A stretch of DNA of 32,000 nucleotides from contig CP178758.1 of the NCBI GenBank assembly GCA_047651235.1, positions 330,001 through 362,000 of the forward strand, written 5' to 3'. Position 1 is the first letter of the stretch. Each line of letters starts with the position of its first letter. The DNA comes from Candidatus Electrothrix yaqonensis (GTDB lineage Bacteria; Desulfobacterota; Desulfobulbia; Desulfobulbales; Desulfobulbaceae). A program made the position numbers and the translations under genes. Below, in pieces: positions 7,518-15,300 of this stretch. Below the pieces are notes generated by a model. The model was not told the origin of the DNA. It was given only the letters and a program-made list of their open reading frames with translations, and ran no database searches.

Positions 7518-8576
7518 TCAGGCTGAATATGTTCTCTTCTTTTGTAAAATCAAGTTACTGAATCCTCCTTCCGGTAGGGCCTCCATGACCACACTGTACA
7601 GCGGCAGCTCCAGGTCGATATGACGGAGTTTGACCAGATCCTTCTCTGTGCAGAGAAAAAAATTTGCACCCGCTTTGTGCGCCTCCTCGACAAGTTGCCG
7701 GACAGTTTTTTTCGGATAGGTATAATGGTCCCTGACGGCTTTAAACGCCACAGGCTCTATACCCAGTCTCTTCAGGGTCTGCCTGAAGCCCTCCGGCCGG
7801 GCGATCCCGCAGAAGGCAAAGCAGCGTTGTCCGGCAGGCAGTTCTTTGTACGCAGTTCCGCCTGCTTCTCCCGGTTCCCGGCGGAGAAATCCGGCAGGAC
7901 GGTAGCGGCTGAAAAAGATCGGTCTACCCGGAAATCTGTCTTTCAGCAGGGCGCTGAACTGCTCTGCCCGCTGCCGGTTCCGTTCATCAGTTCCGGTCAG
8001 GAGAAAGGCGCTGCAGCGCTGCAGCGCGCTGATCGGTTCCCGCAGGACGCCGCCGGGAAAAACTCTGGAATTGCCTGCCAAGGTGTCGGCGTTGAACAGA
8101 ACCAGATCAAGATCCCGGCGGATGGCCATGTGCTGGAACCCGTCGTCAAGCAGCAGGATGTCCGCACCCATTTCCACAGCTCTGGCAGCGGGCAGACGAC
8201 GGACAATGCCGGTCAGGACCGGAACGCCGGGCAGGGTTTCGGCAAGCATTCTCGGCTCATCCCCCACATAACCGGCATCAAGCAGAATATTCTCCCCGTC
8301 TGAAACAATATTGATCCGTTCCTTGGTGGCACCGCCGTAACCCCGGCTGATGACCGCTGGCCGGTAGCCGTTGTCCCGGAGCAGCCGGGCAGTATATTGG
8401 ACCAGGGGTGTCTTGCCTGTGCCGCCCATGGTCAGGTTGCCGATGCTGATCACCGGGATGTTGAACGCGGTCCGGGTGAAAATATCCTTTTGGTACAGAT
8501 ATTCCCGTATGCGCATGGCTATGCTGTAGAGAGGGGATAACGGGCGGCCGAGGGCGTAATAGACGTTGCTGTTCAT
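7518..8576 (-). CDS. lpxK: Tetraacyldisaccharide 4'-kinase
   Basis: P-loop GNLTMGGTGKTP in the LpxK context (ISIGNLTMGGTGKTPLV, SRGYGG, DDGFQH). The longest ORF extends to 8663. ATG 8576 (MNSNVYY) gives a typical ~352-aa length, but the start is uncertain. Confidence 0.88.
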   Translation of the reverse strand: MNSNVYYALGRPLSPLYSIAMRIREYLYQKDIFTRTAFNIPVISIGNLTMGGTGKTPLVQYTARLLRDNGYRPAVISRGYGGATKERINIVSDGENILLDAGYVGDEPRMLAETLPGVPVLTGIVRRLPAARAVEMGADILLLDDGFQHMAIRRDLDLVLFNADTLAGNSRVFPGGVLREPISALQRCSAFLLTGTDERNRQRAEQFSALLKDRFPGRPIFFSRYRPAGFLRREPGEAGGTAYKELPAGQRCFAFCGIARPEGFRQTLKRLGIEPVAFKAVRDHYTYPKKTVRQLVEEAHKAGANFFLCTEKDLVKLRHIDLELPLYSVVMEALPEGGFSNLILQKKRTYSA

Positions 8577-8777
8577 ACTTTCTGCTGTCTGCTTAGATCT
8601 TATATCTGTTTCTCTGTTCACGGTTGAATTTGTTGCGGAGCAGGTGTACCATTTACCTCTCATTGATCTTTATCAGAAGCACGGCAGTTTTGGGATGCGT
8701 TTTTTGTCGGATAGGATAAAAAAGAGAGGAAGATAGCAGGTTGCAGCACAGATTGCAATGCATGGAGAAATATGATC

Positions 8778-8793
8778 GAATATTCGAATATTC
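8778..8793. promoter_or_regulatory. Perfect 16-bp palindrome (two tandem GAATATTC units), candidate operator upstream of the binding-protein gene
   Basis: gaatattcgaatattc equals its own reverse complement. It lies ~72 nt upstream of ATG 8865 in the divergent lpxK / binding-protein spacer. Confidence 0.3.
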
Positions 8794-8864
8794 CTTTCTC
8801 TCTTCAGCATCTTCAGAACAAAAAAACTTCACAGAATGAACAAAATCTCAAGGAGGAAACACAG

Positions 8865-10013
8865 ATGAATCTTTCAGGAAAACTCGCTTCACTGCTTACC
8901 GTACTGGTTGTGAGCGCCGGTGCAGTATTATCATTATCAGTCGGCAATGCGGCTGCGGAGAAGGCAAAAAAACCCGTTAAAATAGGAGTGGCCGGAGCGC
9001 ACAGCGGTGACCTGGCCTCGTACGGCCTGCCTGCGGTCCGGGCGGCAGAGCTTGTTACTGAGCAAGTCAATGCTGACGGCGGACTGAATGGCGCACCGGT
9101 GGAACTGCTGATCGAAGACGATGCCTGCAAACCGGAAATCGCCACCAATACAGCGACAAAGCTGGTTTCTTCCGGTGCAGTTGCCGTGATCGGGCATATC
9201 TGCTCCAGTGCCACCAAGGCGGCCCTGCCCATTTACAATGAAGCGGATATCATCGTCATGTCTCCCTCAGCCACGGACAGCGAGCTGACCAAAAGCGGTA
9301 ATTACCCGACGTTTTATCGGACCATTGCGCCCAATGATGCCCAAGCCAAGTCCATCGTGGATTTTGCTGTCAAGGAATTAAAGGCGGAAAAAATAGCCGT
9401 TATTCATGACAAGGGCGACTACGGCAAGGGGCTTGCCGAGGATGCGAGAAAAATCATCGAGGATGACGCGCTGGCCAGAATCGTCCTGTTTGAGGGAGTG
9501 ACCCCGGGAGCTGTTGACTATTCCGCTGTGGTGCAAAAGATTAAACTGGCCCGGGCCGATGCTGTTATTTTTGGCGGCTATCATCCGGAGGCATCAAAGA
9601 TTGTGACCCGGATGCGCAAAAAGAAGATGGACACCTTGTTTGTCTCTGATGACGGGGTAAAGGATGACACCTTTATCAAGGTGGGCGGCAAGTATGCCGA
9701 GGGCGTGTATGCCAGCGGGCCTGCGGATGACTCTGCCAATCCTATTACCAGGCAGTACCGGGATGCCTATATGAAACGATACAGTGCAGAGCCGGGGCCG
9801 TTCTTTGACAACGCTGTTGCGGCCGCCCTTTCCCTGACCAATTCCATCAGGCTGGCCAAGTCTACAGACACGGAACAGATTGCCAAGGTACTGCATACCC
9901 AGGCTACGGCAACCCCGTTCGGTGATATCATGTTTGACAAGCACGGGGACGCCATCGGGGTGGGATTCTCCATGTATGTTGTCAAAGATGGTCAGTTTGT
10001 TCAGGTGCAATAA
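8865..10013 (+). CDS. Branched-chain amino acid ABC transporter substrate-binding protein (LivJ/LivK family), secreted
   Basis: I chose ATG 8865 (aaggagg lies 7 nt upstream). Signal peptide MNLSGKLASLLTVLVVSAGAVLSLSVGNAAA. LivJ/K-like blocks are KIGVAGAHSGDLASYG, DDACKP and VIGHICSSATKAA. Confidence 0.88.
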   Translation: MNLSGKLASLLTVLVVSAGAVLSLSVGNAAAEKAKKPVKIGVAGAHSGDLASYGLPAVRAAELVTEQVNADGGLNGAPVELLIEDDACKPEIATNTATKLVSSGAVAVIGHICSSATKAALPIYNEADIIVMSPSATDSELTKSGNYPTFYRTIAPNDAQAKSIVDFAVKELKAEKIAVIHDKGDYGKGLAEDARKIIEDDALARIVLFEGVTPGAVDYSAVVQKIKLARADAVIFGGYHPEASKIVTRMRKKKMDTLFVSDDGVKDDTFIKVGGKYAEGVYASGPADDSANPITRQYRDAYMKRYSAEPGPFFDNAVAAALSLTNSIRLAKSTDTEQIAKVLHTQATATPFGDIMFDKHGDAIGVGFSMYVVKDGQFVQVQ

Positions 10014-10038
10014 AAGGGAAACAGGGCATCAGGCGGGG

Positions 10039-11667
10039 ATGAAGATAGCACTTGGCCAGACCAATCCGATCATCGGTAATTTTGCATATAATCTCCGCCT
10101 GCTGACTGAGCGCATCAGGGAGGCGGAACAGGCTCGGTGCGATCTGATCATTTTTCCGGAACTGGCCCTGTGCGGCTATCCGCCCCAGGATCTGCTGGAG
10201 CGCCGGGATTTTCTCCAGGCCCATGATCAGGCATTGGACCGGCTGGTCGCCTCGGTGGGGGAAATCGGGGTGATTATCGGCGCGGTGGAGCAGCGGACCG
10301 GTCCAGGTAAGCCTTTATATAACTCGGCTCTGCTCATTTACCGGGGCAGGGTGATCCGGCGGGTGCGCAAGCAGCTCCTGCCCACCTACGATGTTTTTGA
10401 CGAGAGCCGCTATTTTGAGCCGGGCAATCCTTCACATCCTTTTACCTTCAAGGGGCTGAAACTCGGTCTGTCCGTGTGCGAGGATATCTGGCATGATGCA
10501 CGGTACAGCCATGATCCTGTGGCTGCCCTGTTTCGGGACGGAACAGGCCCGGATATCCTGATCAATATTTCCGCCTCTCCGTATCATCACGGTAAGGTCG
10601 GCGGACGAAACTGTCTTTTTGCCTCGTTATGTCGGCAGCATAATCTGCCCCTGCTTTATGTCAATCAGGTGGGCGGCCAAGATTCTCTGATTTTTGACGG
10701 TCATTCAATGGCGGTTAATCAGCAGGGCGAGGTCAGTGCTGCAGCAGCAGGTTTCCGGGAGGAACTGCTGGTTGTTGAGATAGATGCGCTGGGCGGAGAG
10801 ACTGCAGCCTGCGCAGCGCCGGAAGACTCCATCGTGCAAATCCAAGCTGCCCTGACGCTCGGCCTGCGCGATTACCTCCATAAAACCGGCTTCAGTAGAG
10901 CAGTGGTCGGTCTGTCCGGCGGGATCGATTCGGCCGTAACAGCAGTGCTGGCCGCCCGTGCTCTGGGGCCGGAAAACGTTCTCTGCGTTGCCCTGCCGTC
11001 ACCCTACACTGCGCAGATGAGTATTGATGACGCCCGATCTCTGGCGGAAAATCTGGGCTGCGGTTTTGAGGTGCTGCCCATTGCCGTGGCAATGGAAGCG
11101 TACCAGGAAACCGTGGCGCCACTTTTTGCCGGAAAAAAAGAGGGCGTGACCGAGCAGAATATCCAGGCCCGCATCCGGGGCAATCTGCTCATGGCTCTAT
11201 CGAATAAATTCGGCAGCCTGCTGCTGACCACGGGCAACAAATCAGAAATGGCAGTGGGCTACTGCACCCTGTACGGGGATATGAGCGGCGGACTGGCCGT
11301 GCTGGCTGATGTACCCAAGATCATGGTCTATGAACTGGCCCACTGGATGAACAGGGCAGGGGAGGTGATTCCGGAACGGATCATCACCCGCCCGCCCAGT
11401 GCAGAACTGAAACCGGATCAGGCAGATCAGGATGACCTGCCGCCCTACGAGGTGCTGGATCCGATTCTGGCCGCCTACCTGGAGGAGCATCTGGGGATTG
11501 ATGAGATCGTGGCGCGCGGGTTCAGGCGGGCCGTGGTGGAAGATATTGTCCGGCGCATCCGCATCAACGAACATAAACGTAAGCAGGCCCCGCTGGGCCT
11601 CAAAGTGACCACCAAGGCGTTCGGATACGGCAGGCGGTACCCCATTGTACATGGATTTGAAAGATAG
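10039..11667 (+). CDS. nadE: Glutamine-dependent NAD+ synthetase (N-terminal CN-hydrolase domain plus C-terminal NAD synthase domain)
   Basis: I chose ATG 10039 (MKIALGQTNP) because the longer ORF from 9880 overlaps the preceding gene. Nitrilase-type LSVCEDIW, ATP-pyrophosphatase motif GLSGGIDS, and a C-terminal KRKQAP...G.R motif. Confidence 0.9.
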   Translation: MKIALGQTNPIIGNFAYNLRLLTERIREAEQARCDLIIFPELALCGYPPQDLLERRDFLQAHDQALDRLVASVGEIGVIIGAVEQRTGPGKPLYNSALLIYRGRVIRRVRKQLLPTYDVFDESRYFEPGNPSHPFTFKGLKLGLSVCEDIWHDARYSHDPVAALFRDGTGPDILINISASPYHHGKVGGRNCLFASLCRQHNLPLLYVNQVGGQDSLIFDGHSMAVNQQGEVSAAAAGFREELLVVEIDALGGETAACAAPEDSIVQIQAALTLGLRDYLHKTGFSRAVVGLSGGIDSAVTAVLAARALGPENVLCVALPSPYTAQMSIDDARSLAENLGCGFEVLPIAVAMEAYQETVAPLFAGKKEGVTEQNIQARIRGNLLMALSNKFGSLLLTTGNKSEMAVGYCTLYGDMSGGLAVLADVPKIMVYELAHWMNRAGEVIPERIITRPPSAELKPDQADQDDLPPYEVLDPILAAYLEEHLGIDEIVARGFRRAVVEDIVRRIRINEHKRKQAPLGLKVTTKAFGYGRRYPIVHGFER

Positions 11668-12079
11668 TCGAAGTCCCGCATTTATTACGGACGCGAGATC
11701 GATACAAGATAGCATATATCTGGCTTGATTTATATGCCATGCTGACCTTTCCCGCAGCCTTCCGCAGGCCGCGACATTGGCGGTTTATCTGTCGGCTGTA
11801 TCCTCTACGGCGGTATGATTGAACTGCTCCTGCCTTATGTGAACCGCCACGGTGTACACAACGCACCGGAATAATCCGATCCAGGTACGTATTGCAACCC
11901 ATCTGAAAACAGAAAAACCTCTTTTTGAGCGTTGCCTGATCATTGTTTATTTTCTATTAATAGGATATAAAATAATAATCAGGAGCAATGCTGATTGTGT
12001 ATAAAGAGGAGTTCTGTCCGCGCCCGGGTGCAACAGTTTGAGCAAAAAGCTGCGCTGGACCGCTCCGACTTCAGGGTAT

Positions 12080-12268
12080 ATATCCGTTTATCCGTTACAA
12101 GCCATATCCCAGCCCGGATCATGTCAAGCGGCTGTTACTTTGAGAACGACTGTCGCCGGAAAGTATCTGACCGGCCGGATCAAATTTAAAGATTTTAAGA
12201 TAAGACAGCGCCGGATACATCATATCTGCAGACCTTGCCGGATATGTTCAGGGCAGCACAGTATCCGG
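12080..12268. promoter_or_regulatory. Cluster of CCGGAT / ATCCGG half-sites upstream of the megaprotein gene (candidate regulator-binding array)
   Basis: ccggat occurs at 12114, 12175, 12211 and 12238, and inverted atccgg at 12263. ccggata (12238-12244) and tatccgg (12262-12268) form 7-bp inverted arms with a 17-nt spacer. tatccgtt is tandemly repeated at ~12081-12096. Confidence 0.25.
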
Positions 12269-12301
12269 TTGTGATCAGCCCGGTTCAGGCAGCACGATAT
12301 T

Positions 12302-15300
12302 ATGGTTGAAAATCTACCTATCAACGAACAGATAGACGACAGGTACCTCATCCTGGACAGACTGGGAAGAGGCGGGATGTCTGTTGTCTACCGCGCTCTG
12401 GACCGGGAAGCCGACCGGGAGGTTGCGCTCAAGTTTCTCAATCCCGGCTGCATGCTGCCCTACCTCGAACTGGCCGTCAAGTTCAGAAATGAGATAAAGG
12501 TGATCAGCACCCTTGATCATCCTGACATAATTAAGTTTTACGCGACAGGAGAATATAAGGGCACCCCCTATCTCGTCACCGAACTGCTGGAGGGGGACAG
12601 CCTTGCCGGGCTGCTGAAAAAAGGAGTCAGATTCACTACCGACGACGCCCTTGCTCTTGTCGGCCGGATTGCCGAAGCACTTCACTGTGTGCATTCGCAC
12701 AATATAATCCATCGCGATGTCAAGCCGAGCAATATCTTTGTGGTCGGCAGTCCGGTCGGACGCCCTGCAATCAAGCTGCTGGATTTCGGCCTAGCCCATA
12801 TCATGGAGCTGGGCAACTTTGAAAAGAATGAGAACATGTCGGGCACGTTCTCCTATATGTCTCCGGAAGCGACTGGAATCATACGGAAACAGATTGATGA
12901 ACGGAGCGATCTGTATTCGGTCGGCGTCATTCTCTATTATCTGCTGACCGGACGGCTTCCCTTTCAGTCCTCTACAGCGGCGGAACTGCTGCATCAGATC
13001 GCAGCCATGAGGCCCGCCCCCATGCTCCGCTTCAACCCTCATCTCCCGGAGGTCATCGTCCGGATGGTGGAGCGGCTGCTGGCCAAGGATCAGGATGAGC
13101 GGTACCAGAGCGCCAACGGCCTGCTGCACGATATCAGAAGACATCTGAACGGAGAGCGGGAATTCACCATCGGGGAGGGAGACCGCAACGAGATACGGCT
13201 TACCTATCATACCAAGTTTGTCGGCAGAGAGGAGGAACTGACCGGAATAAAGAGCCTGATCAACAGCGCGGCCCGGAAGCAGGGCGGCATCTGTCTCATC
13301 GGTGGTGAACCGGGGGTGGGCAAGACCAGGCTGGTGAAGGCGATCAAGGAGTATGTCTATATCCGGGGCTACAACAAAGGCGAAATTTTCATTGAAAGCC
13401 ACTGTATAGCGCAGGAGAACAAGGTGCCGTACCAGGCATTCAGGCATGCGCTTGATGAATTCATTCAGAAGATAACCAAGGCCGGAGCTGAGGAACGGGC
13501 CCAGGAGGCCGGAAGAATAAAGGAGCTGGCAGGCGAGCTCGGTGCCATCCTGATCAAACTGAATCCCAACCTGAAGGAGCTGCTGGGGCATGTTCCGGAT
13601 CTGCCTCCTCTGGAGCCGGAAAAGGAGAATATCAGATTCACCATTACCGCCGCCCATTTTATCTGCAATCTGATCCGGGATGATCAGGTCGGCATTCTTT
13701 TTCTGGACGATCTGCAGTGGGCCGACGAAGGGAGCCTGCGGCTGCTGGAGCATATCGGCGCCCATATCAGCAGCTCGAATCTTCTGATTATCGGCACCTA
13801 CAGAAGCAATGAGGTGGACCGGAATCACAGGCTGACCAGAATTAAAGAAAATGCGCTGAAACGGGGTGATGCCGTAACCGACATTCAGATCAGCCCCCTG
13901 TCCCATGATCAGGTCATGAGCATGGTGGGCAATCTGCTCAAGGAGAAAAACAATAAACTTGACGAATTCGCCCAGTATATCTCGGACAAGGCTGAAGGTA
14001 ATCCGTTTTTCACGATCACCCTGGTCAAGGAGATCGTCGAGCAAAAGGCCATCAGCTGGGAGCAGGGCGAGTGCGTGATTGATCAGGAAAAGATCAATAC
14101 CCTGCAGCTGCCGGACAACATCATCGACATGATGCTGCTCCGGACAAAAGACGTACCGGAAGAACTTGAGGAACTGCTGAAAATAAGCGCACTCATAGGG
14201 AAGGAATTCAAGCTGTATCTACTCTACCGGCTGACGGGCCGAGGTCACGCCGTGATTCTGGACCTGATTGATCAGGCCGTCAGGCTGAATCTGCTGGAGT
14301 ATTCACTCAGCGACGGAGGAAAGGTCAGGTTTGCTCATGACCGCATACGGGAGACATTTCTTGCACGGATTTCCGATCAGGAACGTTCAAAGTATCATAT
14401 CACAATAGCACGATTCTTACAGGAACAGTACAAGAGAGATGAAGAGGGGATTCTTTTCGAGCTGACCCATCATTTCATGGAAGGAGGCGATGAGGAAAAC
14501 GGGCTAAAATATGCCCTTATGGCCGGGGAAAAAGCAAAAACAAATTATGCCAGCCAGGATGCAACAAATTATTATATTTATGCAAAAATAATACTAGAAA
14601 AAAAAAGAAATAAATCAGAACAGTATATTAATTTACTGGAAAACCTTGGCGAACAGTACAAGATATTGGGAAGATTTAAAAAATCTTTAGAGATACTTGA
14701 ATTATGCAATGCTCTTATTCCTGACAGCAATCAGGGAGATAAAAGCAGAGTTCTCGGTAAAATCGGCGAGGTACTGTTTGAAAAAGGGGAAGTTGAAAAA
14801 AGTTTTCACGTTCTGGAGCAGGCACTGAAGTTGTCAGGAATAAAAATTCCTCAAGGACAGTTCTCAGTTATTATACATTTGTTAGTTCAATTCAGCCTGC
14901 AGATGTTTCATCTTCCCCGTTGGTTTCCCAGAAAACCTATCCATGTAGCAAAAGGGAAGGAGGGCAGCAATGACGTTATTGTTCTTCGACTGCTTAATAT
15001 ACTGTATAAATGGTATTTTTTTAAAGATAAGAAAAAAAGTCTCTACTGCCACCTGAAATGTCTTAATTTAGCGGAAAAAACATCTCCCTGTTCAGAACTT
15101 ATCCATTGTTATGTACTCGGAGGAGTAATCTGGGCTTCTATCCCATGGGAATCAAAAGCATTGCGGTATGCAAAATTAGGGATAGATACTGCAATAAAAA
15201 CAGGAGACAAGCTTCTGGAAGGGACAGCATATGCCGGTTACGGTCTTGCTCTGCTTGTTCTTAACAGACCTCAGAAGGGGCTGGAATATTCAAAGAAAGG

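Noticed and set aside
7620-8303. 227-aa plus-strand ORF
   Set aside because: It is antisense to lpxK. The product is low-complexity and Arg/Gly/Ala-rich, as is typical of a shadow frame.
9880-10038. N-terminal extension of nadE (ORF start at 9880)
   Set aside because: The extension overlaps the last 134 nt of the binding-protein gene, is Cys/Arg-rich nonsense, and the CN-hydrolase domain starts exactly at MKIALGQ (10039).
11932-11960. Possible sigma70 promoter TTGCCT-17 nt-TATTAA
   Set aside because: Only a moderate match in an AT-rich patch, ~340 nt upstream of the megaprotein start. It cannot be distinguished from chance without transcription-start data.
11668-12301. Riboswitch (especially c-di-GMP class) in the long spacer upstream of the GGDEF megaprotein
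   Set aside because: I looked for the conserved GEMM-like blocks and did not recognise them. A covariance-model scan would be decisive, so this is rejected only provisionally.
12791-14044. 417-aa ORF on the minus strand
   Set aside because: It lies entirely antisense to the kinase/NTPase part of the 1653-aa gene, which has clear motifs in its own frame. The antisense product has no recognisable motif and is the usual shadow ORF of GC-rich coding DNA.
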